From NCBI GenBank assembly GCA_951406725.2, contig OX597817.1:77438001-77502000 (forward strand): 64,000 bases of DNA. The letters run 5' to 3'. This stretch comes from Octopus vulgaris (lineage: Eukaryota). Of the stretch, positions 1-13,122 are shown piece by piece. Position 1 is the first letter of the stretch. The number at the start of each line of letters is the position of its first letter. The notes below the pieces were generated by a model. It searched no databases, had not been told where the DNA came from, and worked only from the letters and a program-made list of their open reading frames with translations. Made by a program: the position numbers and the translations under genes.

Positions 1-760
1 CTGTCTCAGTTATAAAATGAATCCCTATAGTGTAGAGACATGCAAGCTTTATCTTTCTCAAGTTTGATATATTCGAAAGCAGTAACAGCTTCTTGAGGAA
101 TGGTAAAAGCTGAACATTTCATAAAGGGCTATATTTTATCAGTAAAATATATAAATATGTCCCCTATTTGCTGTATTAAACTAACAAGCATACATTATTT
201 TCTTTTGTCTTTTTTTTTCTGCAAGTTCCATTTTAAAAGTAGGAACTTTAAGGCATCTAAGAGAAAACAACCTACCGGGATCAGGTGCTATTTTGTCATC
301 TTGAATGTAAAAACAAAAAAAAACAAGAAAGAAAAGAAAAAAATCAAGGAAATTCATGTTTGTATAACAAAGTGTGTGTTTTTTTTTTTTTAGAAAGAGT
401 TATATTTTGAAATCTTTGACACATGACAGAAGTGCCTGCAGATTTCTTGTCATGATTTTCCATGGAATTGCTGCATTCAATAAGATCATCTACATATGAG
501 TAGGCAGATCCAAGATTATTCTGTGAGATAATTTGGTTCATTATTCAGTGAAAACATGCTACAGTATTCGAAAGGCCAAATGTAAGCCTTGCATACTTAT
601 AGAATTGTTCCAAGGTTTCTGAAGCAGGTCTTTTACAGTCAGTTGTAGTTGATAGTAAGCATGTTTCATATTGACTTTGTTAAAATACAAATTCTGTGAT
701 ATAATATTCTTTCTAATTTTGGCAAAAGGCCAGCATTTTAAAGGGGAGGGGAGACACAAT
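1..760 (-). mobile_element. Decayed Ty3/Gypsy pol: reverse transcriptase and connection region, running out of the window
   Basis: Minus-strand translation across frameshifts gives IISQNLYFNKVNMKHAYYQLQL, then EQFYKYARLTFGLSNTVACFH*IMNQIISQNNLGSAYSYVDDLIECS (YxDD motif), then KIAPDPGRL, then FTDKI*PF..FTIPQEAVTAFEYIK. This is the motif order of Gypsy RT, with stops and frameshifts. Confidence 0.85.
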
Positions 761-769
761 TAGATCAAA

Positions 770-1060
770 ATATTAAACTTGAGAAAGATAATGCTTGCAT
801 GCCTCCAGACTATAGGGATTCATTTTATAATTGAGACAGACATATCAGACACTACTCTACTTGCTACAATTAACTCAGGGGGAATACCCAGCTGTGTTGT
901 TTTAATTTGTTTTCAACATCTTTCCCCAAAGTGAATCATAGTGTCTTTCTATTATGAAGGAAGCAGCAACATTTGTTCAATTCTTTATGCAAATGGCAAC
1001 TCTACCATGAAAGAAATTGTTTTGTCCTTATTTCAGATCAACAAAGATTCAGTGGATCTC
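770..1060 (+). mobile_element. Decayed Ty3/Gypsy RNase H fragment, opposite orientation to the adjacent RT
   Basis: FIIETDISDTTLLATINSGGIP, then KEAATF, then SLCKWQLYHERNCFVLISDQQ resemble the Gypsy RNase H motifs ETDAS..IAATLNQ, EKEA and WRHYL.GRHFTLITDQ. Confidence 0.75.
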
Positions 1061-1734
1061 TGATCAATTTAGGTCAATCAAAAGCTTTGCACAGAGAAGA
1101 CTATTGTTACTTCGTGCCTGTCCACAAAACAGACTGTTATGGTTCCATTTTAATAGAGGATGCATTGATTCAAAATAGAGCAACATTTAGCATGCCACAC
1201 TAAGTCCTTCACAGATGTCCTGCCTCATTCCTCCTGTATACACAGATTCTTGCACCATGGCTGTCAAAACTAAAACCATGGTGGAGTCTACTTGTTCTAT
1301 GTTGAAACTGACCAGATCCAATCTCTCACACCTATCCGACAATGTCATTCTAAACATATACAAACACACTATTGAAATCTTGAAGCTGCAAGATAATGCA
1401 TGATTAATTCAAAACAATGTGAATAAATAATGATATATAGTCGCAGGTGTAGTTGTGTGGTAAGAAGCTTGATTCCCAACAACACAGTTCTGGGTTCAAT
1501 CCTACTGTGTAGTGCCTTGGAGTCAAACAGCTGTTGTCACTTGCAAGATGGGTCCTGCTATTGATCAATCCATCATGGAGGTTGCCACATTACTTCTCAA
1601 TTAGGTCTGAGAGTGGAGGTAATTTACCTCAGTCTGTTGGCTGTGGTAGATACAGCTTCCCAGTTGATATGATATAAAGCACTAATGCCAGACACCTTCC
1701 AGTTTTACCAAACCTTCATCACTTTTTCTGATAC

Positions 1735-2095
1735 TGCTTGACTGGTTCTTATTTTATCAACCCTGAAAGGATGAAAGGCAAAGTTAACCTCAGACGCATT
1801 TCAACCCAGAATGTAAAGATTGAAGAGATGCCATTAAAAATTTTCTCCAGTATAGATTTTTCCGGCTTGCCTCCCTTTTTCTAATATAATTTTCCCTTTA
1901 CAAGGCCTGAAATTATGGGGGAGAGAGATAATTGATTACATCAACCCCAGTACTCAACTGGTACTTATTTCATTGATCCTGAAAGGGTGAAGGCAAAGAT
2001 GACCTTGGCAGAATTTGAATTCAGAATTTAATGATGAAAGAAATGCTATTAAGCATTTTGTTTGGTATGCTAATAATTCTGCCAGCTTACCATCT
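1735..2095 (-). mobile_element. Two decayed, CpG-depleted SINE family C copies
   Basis: Match the reverse complement of the family C core gcctttcatcctttcggggtcgataaattaagtaccag, with CpG to TpG/CpA changes. Confidence 0.8.
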
Positions 2096-2130
2096 TAATC
2101 TATGATATAATATTAAGAGAAATCTGGACG

Positions 2131-2762
2131 TTAACACTTTAACATTCAGAATTCTTAGTCAAATATTCTTATTTTCTTATTCTTTACCTTGTTTCAGTCA
2201 TTTGACTGTGGCCATACTGGAGCACCACCTTGAGGGTTTTAGTTGAACAAATCACCCCAGGACTTATTTCTTAAGCCTAGTGCTTATTCTATCAGAGTCT
2301 TGCTGAACCACTAAGTTACAATGATATGAACACACCAGCACCTGTTGTCAAGCGGGGATGGTGGGGACAAACAGACACAAACACATAGATATATAGATAT
2401 TTATATGTATGGCATGCTTCTTTCGAGTTCCGTCTACCAAATCCACACACAAGGCATTGGTTGGCCTGGAGCTATAGTAGAAGACACATGACCAAGGCAC
2501 TACACAGTAGGACTGAACCCAGAGCCATGTTGTTGGGAATCAAGCTTCTTACCACACAACCTCACTATATATAACTTATTTATTCACATTGTTTTGAATT
2601 AATCATGTATTATCTTGCAGCTTCAAGATTTCAATTGTGTGTTTGTATATTTTTAGAATGACATTGTAGGATAGGTGTGAGAGATTGGATCTGGTCAGTT
2701 TCAACATAAAACAGGTAGAATATTTGGGCTGGATATAGCCAGATTAAATGCTAAATGGTTAA
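2131..2762. mobile_element. piggyBac-like TTAA MITE interrupted by a family A SINE
   Basis: Starts ttaacactttaacattcaga and ends ttaaatgctaaatggttaa. The body matches the uninterrupted copy at 25392-25629. A SINE occupies about 2165-2565. Confidence 0.75.
2165..2565 (-). mobile_element. SINE family A (tRNA head, CORE-like segment, internal microsatellite), nested in the MITE
   Basis: Reverse complement of the consensus seen at 14391-14836. Confidence 0.9.
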
Positions 2763-3354
2763 TAATGCTTGAGAAATAAATAACATGCCATCATTTATAA
2801 CCTTTATTTTATTTTATTTTTTTTGTAGTCTACTCCGAGTTTTCCATAATGAGTTGTTCAGATTTATGAGGATGTCATCTTCGATTAGAAATTTTACATC
2901 TTGTAGGACAAATTTGCAATGCGATCATTCACAGAATATCTTTCAACAGATTTATCAATAAGTTTCATATCATCACATTCACCCTCTCATGCATGCCAAT
3001 TCTATCTCCGAAAGACACTAACAAACGGCACCATATTCCTGTTCCAACCTATTTGAAACCATGTCATCAGATACCAAATTCTATACCAACGGATAACCAA
3101 CGAATGGCATTAGAGGTTTTAAAAACTTGTGATTCAAACTGTGTCATTAAATACCAATTCTCTACCAACGCATTAACAGGCAGCAGTAGATACTGAACAA
3201 CTCTGACAGCATCAACAAACAGCCAGCAAACAGCTACTCTTTCACTTTCTCTATCACATTCAGCTTTTGTCAGTTCACTTGATGCAAGCCTATAGGAGGA
3301 AGAGATGTAACAATGATTTTGACCTATATAACAGCATCCCAGCTGAGAAAGCAG

Positions 3355-4410
3355 AACATGCACACACACACACACACACACATGAATGGATACACACTGA
3401 TAAATATGAAAATATACACATATATACCCCTTTGCACATACACATAAAAATGTGCATGCATACTCACCCTATCTCTCTCTCACTCTCGTTCTCATGCACA
3501 CACACATACACATATATATATACACACACACATACACACACACACACATATAGACACACAGGCAAATATTAAATTGGATGCACTTACATATAGATCTAGA
3601 ATAACCACTACACATAAGTATTACTTACACCAACACACCAACACACACACACACGCAAAGACATGTGCTTGAACCTACACGCACACTCTCACGCACACAT
3701 ATACAGATGTACTTACACACATCCATGTATGTTGTCATGGTAATATACACATTAATACACATGCATGCTTAAGCATACATATGCATAGCTACTCTAACAC
3801 CTAGATAAACTCTATTGGCACACACATACACACACATGCATGTGCATATGCATACACACATATGCACACACATGTGTACGTACACACACACACAAGCACA
3901 GAGAAACACATGTACGCACATTGTCATACTAACACACACACATTAATACATATTCATGCACAGATGTGTTCAACTACCATGACTCCTGTATAAACACATC
4001 TGTCTTAACACACACACACACACATACAAATACACACACTGTTAAACACCACATGCATATACACACACAGAGTTATACACACACACATATACACTCACAG
4101 ACTAATGCACACACACACACATACACTCACAGACTAATGCACACACACACACACACACATGCGCATGCATATACATACTTCTATTATAAATACACACATG
4201 AATACATACACATGCACAAGCTCAGATATGTGTGTCTACCACGACGCCTCTACAAGAACCAACACTGCATCACCATGCACTAAACACACGCACACACACA
4301 GAGTTAAACACCACACACACATACACACACACATACACACATACACACACTCACCTCACACACATACACACACTCACCTCACACACATACACTCTCACGC
4401 ATACGTTCTT
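3355..4410. repeat. Degenerate (CA)n/(CATA)n microsatellite field
   Basis: Visible dinucleotide repeats, which produce the HT-rich ORFs. Confidence 0.95.
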
Positions 4411-4725
4411 ATGAACAGTTGCACTTGCACATGCAGATGTGTTTAAGCACTGCAACTTAGATTGATACGAGATTATAACAGATAGGCAGATTAGTGTTAC
4501 CAAATGATAGTGATGGCGAGGGTAAGGGTGATGGTGAGGGTGATGGCTTAGGAAGCAGTGGGTAGGAAAGTGTGTATGTAACTGTGTGCATATATGCATA
4601 CGTCTGTGTGCAAGTGCATACGCTGTATACTTACTTGAAAGTGGTTAGGTGCATGTGTGTCTATATATATAGGTCTCTGTCTGTCTGACTCTCTGACTGT
4701 CTCTCTCTGTCTCTCTCTCTCTGTT

Positions 4726-4782
<57 letters not shown>

Positions 4783-4799
4783 TGTGTATGTGTGTGTGA

Positions 4800-5395
4800 C
4801 CGATGGTAGTAGTGTCAATCATATTAGTGATGGCGGGTGTATAATTGGTGGTACCAGCAGCAGCTGTAGTGGTGATGGTGGTGGTGGTGATGGTATTGTA
4901 TGAAGGGATGGTGGCAGTGATGTGGTGAAGTTGCTGGTAGCGATGGTAATAATAACAGGAGTGGTACTGGTGGTGGAAACCCTGGAAGATGATACTGGTG
5001 ATGGTGGCTGTAATACCAAATGATGGTGGTAATAGTAGTGGTGCTGAAAATAGTGGTAGCAGATCATTGTAGTGGTGCTAGATGAATAATGGTGATGGTG
5101 TTGCTGGTGGTGGTAGCAGTGGTGGTGTTGCTGGTGATGGTGGTGGTGGTAGTGGAGATGGTGTTGTTGTTGGTGGTGGTGGTGATGTTGGTTGTGGTTA
5201 AGGTAATGGTAATGATGATGGTGGTGGTGGTTATTGTGGTGGAAGTGGTGGTGATGGTGGGTGGTGAAAGTGGTGATAATGATGATGATGGTGATGGTGA
5301 CGATGGTGGTGATGTTGGGTGATGACGGTGGTGGTGGTGGTGGTAGTGGCAGTGGTAGTGACAGTGGTAGTAGTAATAATGGCAGTGGTGGTGTG
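4800..5395. repeat. Cryptic (GGT/GAT/AGT)n trinucleotide tract
   Basis: Visible low-complexity tract, which produces the poly-H/T/V ORFs. Confidence 0.95.
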
Positions 5396-5737
5396 GGCTC
5401 AGCTGGGATCCCAATCCAGGGACTGGAGAACCTCATGAAAAAAAAACAAAAACTTGTGCATATCTGACAACAGTCCTGTCCGCGAATTGAACTTATGACT
5501 CAAACATTTTACCCTAGTGTAATCCTCAAAATGAATTACATGTCTCAAGAAAACCCTGCACAAAAAAAAATTATATAGCATATCTTTCTCATAGTTTTTT
5601 CATTGTAGTTCGCATAGTAAATAACACACACACACACACACATACATATATTGAAATTAGTATTAGCTTTATCTCGCTCTTTCTCACGGAACCTCGGTTG
5701 AGAAAAACTGCTCTAACCACTGATACATGTGCCTTCA

Positions 5738-5811
<74 letters not shown>

Positions 5812-6702
5812 ATCTATAGATGTGTGTGTGAGTGTGTGTGTGTGCATCTATAGATGTGTGTGTGAGTGTGTGTATATATATATATATATATAATATGTAT
5901 ATATATATATATGTATGTATATATAAAATATGTATATATAATATTTATATATATATATATATATGTACTCAAGAGAAAGGCATAGGCTGATACAGTTTGG
6001 CACCTGTGACGTCAAAACTCATTTCTACAGCTGAGTGAACTGGAGCAATGTGAAATAAAGTGTCTTGCTCAAGAGCACAACACACAGCCCAGTCAGGAAA
6101 TTGAACTCACTACCTCATGACCGTGAGCTCAGCTTGATGCTCTGACCACTGAGCTATTCTTCTCAACTCAGATTGCTTCTCACCTCAACCTGCAGCAATT
6201 CTCGCTTCACTCTGTCTGGTGGCAGTAAAAACTGGTAGCAGTGTAAGTTACAATACCACAACCACCTACAGGGAGACTAAAAGCAAAAAAAAAAGGAACG
6301 AGTTATGGTGGGGGCAACAGAAAATTAGAAAAAAAAGTATTGACCATGAGGATAGGGGAATTTTTTGGGTTTCATTTCATTTAATTTGAAGAGCAATGGC
6401 ACATTAATGCAATGATAGTAAGTGTTAAATTTTGAGATGGATTGAGACGAAGGTGAATGATGAATTCAGAGAGTGAATACATAGGTGGTGGAGATGACAG
6501 TGGTGGTGGTGGTAGAGGTGGTAGGAGAAGCAGAGGCAAGGATGCTGAACCAGAGGAGGAAAAACATAGAGTAAGAGAATGAAAGACTAAAGTTCAGTTT
6601 TAAAGATTTGGAGACGAACTGGAGTGAGAAAGTATCGATATAACTTATCCGAATTTTTTTTCATATATATGTCTGTTCTCTTTTTCGTTTTCCTTTCTCT
6701 AC

Positions 6703-6762
<60 letters not shown>

Positions 6763-7904
6763 CATCATCATCATCATTATTATTTTGTGTCAAACACTCT
6801 GACATTTTAACGAGACTGCTACATACCTCCCACCACCACTGTTATAATCACTCATGTTACCTTAACTCTGCCGCCACCCTAACACCTGCACTTACTCTCT
6901 TTCTCTCTCTCTCTGTCTCTCTCTCTCTCTCTCTCACTCTCACCCTGGTTTATGAAATCCACCATACCAACAGCACCCTGATCTCCGAGAAAGAGAGAGA
7001 GAAACAGAATGCAGATTCAAAAATCATTCAAGCTAAGTATTCATGTAAAACTGCATGTGAAACAATGTGTGTGTATATATATGTATGTGTGTATGTATAT
7101 ATATATATATATATATGCATATGCATATATATATATACAGTATATACAATATATATATATACAATTTTCTCTGATTTTTCAGATTTTTGTATATATATAT
7201 ATATATATATACAATATATACAATATATATATATACAATTTTCTCTGATTTTTCAGATTTTTGTATGCTAGGCTACTGGTTTTAAATTGATATTAATTAA
7301 ATTAATATTCAATTTATCTCCCATCATTATTTAAATTTTATATATATATATATATGCATATATATATGTGTGTGAATACAAAATTTTGGGACATTGAGCC
7401 ACTCTGTTACTTTTGCTAAGTATTAATAAAAATATACATATACTCATATTTTTAGTCCCTTTTTCCTGTTTGCATCTGTCTGTCTGTCTGTCTCTCTATA
7501 TGTATATATATATATATAGATAGAAAGATAGATAGATAGATAAACTTGAAATATATATATGTATGTATCTATGTATGTATGTATGGATGGATGGATGTAT
7601 TGATGGATTTATGCATGCGAATGTATATCTAAACAGCTTGTTAGTTTTAGCAATGGGACCACACTTATGAACCTTGTAACTGGATGAAAGTGTACTTTCT
7701 TTACTAACACTAATATATCTGTTTAAACATATGCGTGTTTTCATGTGTGTATGTTTGTATGTGTGTGTCCGTGTGTGTATGTGTGCATGTGCATGTAGAT
7801 ATTGCAATCAAGAACACTTGGTTTCAATTCTGCTTCCATGCTATTATCTATAGATAATCTATAGACACACAAACATACACACACACATATATATATACAC
7901 ATGC

Positions 7905-8125
7905 GAGCTCGCAGAAACGTTAGCACACCGGGCGAAATGCTTAGCGGTATTTCGTCTGTCGTTACGTTCTGAGTTCAAATTCCGCCAAGGTCGACTTTGC
8001 CTTTCATCCTTTCAGGGTCGATAAATTAAGTACCAGTTTCACACTGGGGTCGATGTAATCGACTCAATCCCTTTGTCTGTCCTTGTTTGTCCCCTCTATG
8101 TTTAGCCCTTTGTGGGTAGTAAATA
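7905..8125 (+). mobile_element. SINE family C, long-tail variant
   Basis: gcgagctcgcagaaacgttagc...gagttcaaattcc (B-box-like)...gcctttcatcctttcagggtcgataaattaagtaccag...tttagcccttttgtgggtagtaaata. Confidence 0.9.
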
Positions 8126-8544
8126 AATATATATACATATATATACATATATACGACAGGCTTTTTTCAGTTTCCGTCTACCAAATTCACTCACAAGGCT
8201 TTGGTCGGTCTGAGGTTACAGTAGAAGACACTTGCCTAAGGTGCCACGAAGTGGGACTGAACCCAGAACCATGTGGTTGGTATTTATTTCATGTTTGTAT
8301 GTTCACTTTCTGTCATATTTTGTCTCTTGCTAGCTTGCTCACTATTTTCTAGTGTCTTCTCATCTCTGACACCACCAAAGGGGAGTAATATTATCATTAA
8401 AAGCATAAAATTGCTGCAATCCTTTGTACGATATCTGATGAGGATTTGGCGATATTGTGCGTGTGCTTTCTGTTTGTTTCTTTTGTTTATGCAAATATAT
8501 ATTATGTTTGTTTTTTATTATATATGTATGTATATATGCATGTA

Positions 8545-8843
8545 TGTGATCACCGTGATCACCGTGACCGACCAGACTATCAGATGTTGCTACACATCAC
8601 TGGTCACAATGCGCTTTGCATTGTTTTAGCCTTCAAATAATGAAACCCCGCTGGCTAAGCAAGCAGGCCAACAGAAGAAAGAGTGAAAAAAGGTGCGAAA
8701 GAGTACGGCAGGGTTCGCCACCACCCCCTGCCGGAGCCTCGTGGAGCTTTAGGTGTTGTCGCTCAATAAACACTCACAACGCCCAGTCTGGGAATCGAAA
8801 CCGCGAGTCCGCTACCCTAACCACTGGGCCATTGCGCCTCCAC
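8545..8843 (-). mobile_element. SINE family D (family B head and body, different 3' tail)
   Basis: Head ggaggcgcaatggcccagtggttagg with A and B boxes; tail ...gcgcattgtgaccagtgatgtgtagcaacatctgatag. A second copy is at 62057-62350. Confidence 0.9.
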
Positions 8844-9511
8844 ATATGCATGCATGTATGTATAGCTACTTAATTGTTGCAACTAAAAGAATGAAGAATA
8901 CATACTTAATTCACTAACACACACCTCATTTAATTAGCAATTTACTTAACACCATTCTTTCTACACACTTCCCAACCTAACCCTAACCCTCACATTACTT
9001 TTCTTGAAACCATCCTCCTTCTACTCTCTCAGAACGAACTTCAGACACCTGCAAATCTCTTCATATCACTCTCCCACTACCGGCTTCTCTCTCTCTCTCT
9101 CTCTTTCTCTCTCTCACTCTCTCACTCTCTCTGTTTCACTCTTTTTCTGTTCACTTTTTAGCATTCTGTTTTTATATTCTTCTATACCATAGGTTTTTTT
9201 TTTAAAAAACAATAACATGCTTGGTTATAAGTTTCCAAAGGGCCAGTCTCTGGTTTGGTGTTAGTCATATGGTGAGAGCTGCAAATGAGTTTCTTTGAAA
9301 TTCAGGCAGAATTAATTCTACAAGATATATATTGGTAATAGGTGATTTGTTTTTTTTTTGACAGGATTAGTGACAATAGCAACACTGCTCATAATGACCA
9401 ACTTTTGAAGAGCACAAATATAAACAAACAGAAGGTATTCAGGTGTTTGTAGGCAAAGAAATCAGTTAAAATTTATGCTTATTTTAGAATTTGATTAAAA
9501 GAAATAAAGAT

Positions 9512-9850
9512 GTACTCTTTGTACTCTTTTACTTGTTTCAGTCATTTGACTGTGGCCCATGCTGGAGCACTGCCTTTAGTCGACCAAATTGCCCCCAGGA
9601 CTTATTCTTTGGAAGCCTAGTACTTATTTTATTGGTCCCTTTTGTGGAACTGCTAAGTTACAGGGACGTAAACACACCAGCATTGGTTGTCAAGCAATGT
9701 TGGGGAGACAAACACAGACACACAAACAAATACACACACATATATATATATATACACATGTATATCAGTTTCCGTCTACCAAATCCACTCACAAGGCTTT
9801 GGTCGGCCCGAGTCTATAGGCTACTGTAGAAGACACTTGCCCAAGGTGCC
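9512..9850 (-). mobile_element. SINE family A, 5'-truncated
   Basis: Matches the family A consensus on the minus strand. Confidence 0.9.
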
Positions 9851-9982
9851 AAGCTTGTTAAAATAACGTCTATTCCATAAGTTTTGTTCATGGCATAATT
9901 TAAACAAAAGCAGGAAGTTAAGGAATGCAATTTCATTATTATAGAAGATCATGTGTGTGTGTGTGTGTGTGTATGTGTGTGT

Positions 9983-10049
<67 letters not shown>

Positions 10050-11561
10050 TTTGTGTTTGTGTTTGTCCCCTCATCACTGCTTGGTAACTGGTGTTGGTGT
10101 GTTTACATCCTCATAAGTTTGCCGTTTGGTAAAAGAAACTGACAGGATTAGTACCAGATTAAAAAAAAAAAGAATTTAAAACAAGTATTGGGGTTGATAT
10201 TTTTGATAAAAAAAATTCTTCAAGGCAGTGCCCCAGCTTGGCAGCAGTCCAAAGACTGAAACACATGATAAACAAAAATATAAATATTTTTTGTTATGCT
10301 GGTGTTGGCTGGTATTTCTTAGTTTGCAGACTAGTGTCTTGAAATATTTACTAACGAGTAATTGCATTAAGATTAACAAAATATATTCAATGTGGGGAAA
10401 AGTGTTAAACTTGAGTGAATTTGGTGAATTTGTTGAGGTACGACTGATTATAACGATGATGCAGCCATTAATTTGTCTTAAGAAGTTCTATGTTTATTTA
10501 TCTTTGTTCTATATTTATTATATTATTCATTTATTTTATGTATTTGCTTAGTTATTTTTTTTACAACTAAGTGTTTCACATATCTTTTGCATTTCGTTGT
10601 TCCAAATTGTCTTTAAGATTTTTTTTTTCTTTAAATGCGACCTGCTATTTGTATGTGGCGTGTGTATGTGTATGTGTGTGGGGGGTGTATATGTGATTGC
10701 ATGTAAGTGTGTGCGTATGTATGGACATGTGTGTATATGTGTACTTTTTTACTTCAATTTCATTTGTTTTAATTGTGGGTAATTTTATCTTACAACTTGG
10801 AAACTTTAAAAATTAACAAAAAACACCCACCACCACAAAACCCCCCAAAAAAAACAAACTAACCACTCCCTAGTCAAAGAATGAAAACAAGCTAAAAGTA
10901 AAATAAATAAAATAGATAAATGGTGGCAATAATAATTACAAGAAAAGTTGATCAACTAAGTTAGTTAGAAGTGGAACTTGCCACGGGGTAGCTCTTTCAT
11001 CAGAAGATACTCATCCTCAAGGTATGTATTTCATTGTTACACCTATCTTAACATATATTGTAAGTTCTTCTTGTAAATATGTCGGAGTTTTTTTTTTTTT
11101 CTTATTCAAATTCCAACAAATTATATTTATCTTTTTTTTTATTATTCTTTATCCTGCTTTCTCTTCTTCTGTTTACTAATTTCCTTTTGTTGTGTTATTG
11201 TTTTGTTGTTGTTTTTTTACTTTGTTCTCCAAACTGTACTCAATCAAAGCTGACATCATGGAAAAGACTGTTAAAGTAAAAGTAACCAGTTTGTTTCTTT
11301 GAAAGAGGTAAAAAAAGGAACAAAAACAGAAAAAAAATGGTACAGACTTAAAAGACCAATAAAATGAATGTTTACTGATAAATTGAACGTTTTAAATGAA
11401 AGGAAATTTCTTTCAGTGGCTTAGAGTAAATAGGAAGATTTTTGTGGCAGTGTTTGTTTTTTTATAAGTGACATACTCATTTTATGGGTATTCTAATACT
11501 AAAGCTCCATATATAAAAAAACTGTGGCCCCAATGGCACCTTTTGTCATTGCTAGCACAGT

Positions 11562-12432
11562 TTAAACCCTTTTGTTACCATATTTCCATTGGAATATACT
11601 GATTTTCTCATAAGTGTAAAATTGAAATTTGCTTAGGGTGTACAAACCCAGATTTTCAGGAGGATGCTCAAAGCATTTTGATTACCCTCAAAAAATTTTA
11701 AGGGGTATGCTTGCACCCCTTGCACACCCTGTTTCTGAGCCTATAGTATTTTTATCAAATCATATTGAGAGATCACAGCTCCATTAATACAGAAACATGA
11801 TGAGAAGAATTAGAATGTTGCTAGGAAGAATCAGAAGATGGGGTCTTTTGAGCTGAGCCAATCAGCAGAAGACCTAAGGCCAAACCAAGAATGAGATGAT
11901 TGGATGGATCTGCAGTCTCAGTTTGTCACATCTGCGAATCCAACCAGAAAATTTGATGATGGATGCTTCTAACAGGACCTTATGAAGGAGATGCTTAAAG
12001 ACTCCACACTCATAACTCTCACAGGAATAGTGAGTGGAGACGATGGATGACAGGAGGAAATGAAGAATTTAATGAAATATCTTTGTCATTACTGAGTGTA
12101 AGGCAGTGAGCTGGCAGAACTGTCAGCACGCTGGGTAAAACGCTTAGTGGCATTCCCTCTGTCTTTCCATTCTGAGTTCAAATCCTGCTGAGGTCAGCTT
12201 TGCCTTTCATTCTTTTGGGGTCAATAAATTAAATACCAGTCAAGTACTGGGGTCAATGTGCTTGATTATCTCACTCCCCACAAATTCCAGGTCATGTGTC
12301 TATATTAGAAAGAATTATTAAGTGAGTGTTTGGACCATAAATTAACATGAAATTTTGATAGAAGTTTTTAATTTTGATTGCTTTAAAACAGGAATATGGC
12401 AATTTCAGACAGCTTTGTATGAAATGGGTTAA
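11562..12432. mobile_element. Old TTAA-type MITE split by nested insertions (hAT-like end, RTE-like fragment, SINE C)
   Basis: Ends ttaaacccttttgttacc and gaaatgggttaa. Internal RRPKAKPRMR*LDG resembles the RTE RGRPRMRWLD motif. SINE C lies at about 12100-12320. Confidence 0.45.
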
Positions 12433-12711
12433 ACAGTTTGTTAGAATATTTCTGGTGAATATTTTACACCACACAAAAAATGGCCTTGTTGGTGCCATGT
12501 AACAAGTACCTTTGCCAGTACCATATTAAGTGGTTAGCATTAGGAAGAGCATCCTGCTCTGGAAGCCTTGTCAAAACAGACTGGAACCTAGTGTAGCACT
12601 CTGGATTTCCAGCTCTTGTTAAACTGTCCAACACATGCCATTAAATGATGATATCATGATAATGATGATTATGATGATGATGATGATGATGATGATATAT
12701 GTATATATATA

Positions 12712-13122
12712 CATTTATTTGTTTCAGTCATTTGACTGTGGCCAGGCTGGAGTGTTGCCTTTAGTTCAACAAATCAACCCCAGGACTTATTCTTTCTAAG
12801 CCTAGAAATTTTTGTTGTTTTTGTAAAATCTCAGAAAATAATTAAAAATTCACATTTTTTATCAAATTATTTTGTTATATTTGTCTATCTATCCAACACA
12901 CCAACATCGGTTATCAAGCAATGGTGGGGAGACAAACACACACACACACACACATCTATGACGGGCTTCTTTCAATTTCCGTTAACCAAATCTACTCACA
13001 AGGATTTGGTCGGCCTGAGGCTATAGTAGAAGACACTTGACCAAGGTGCTACACAGTACGACTGAACCTGGAACCATGCGGTTGGTAAGCAAGCTACTTA
13101 CCACACAGCCACTCCTGCACCT
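12712..13122 (-). mobile_element. SINE family A
   Basis: Near full-length minus-strand match to the family A consensus. Confidence 0.9.

Noticed and set aside
1095-1280. Possible gag zinc-knuckle remnant (DYCYF..HRCPA..HGCQN*NH)
   Set aside because: Needs several frameshifts and is too degenerate to support.
2867-2869. Selenocysteine codon in the 2831 frame
   Set aside because: No recognisable selenoprotein motif or SECIS; an ordinary stop is more likely.
8436-8460. CTGATGA hammerhead box (also at 24292)
   Set aside because: No stem II or GAAA follows.
8974-8990. Interstitial telomeric repeat (taaccc)n
   Set aside because: Only about two and a half units, which could arise by chance.
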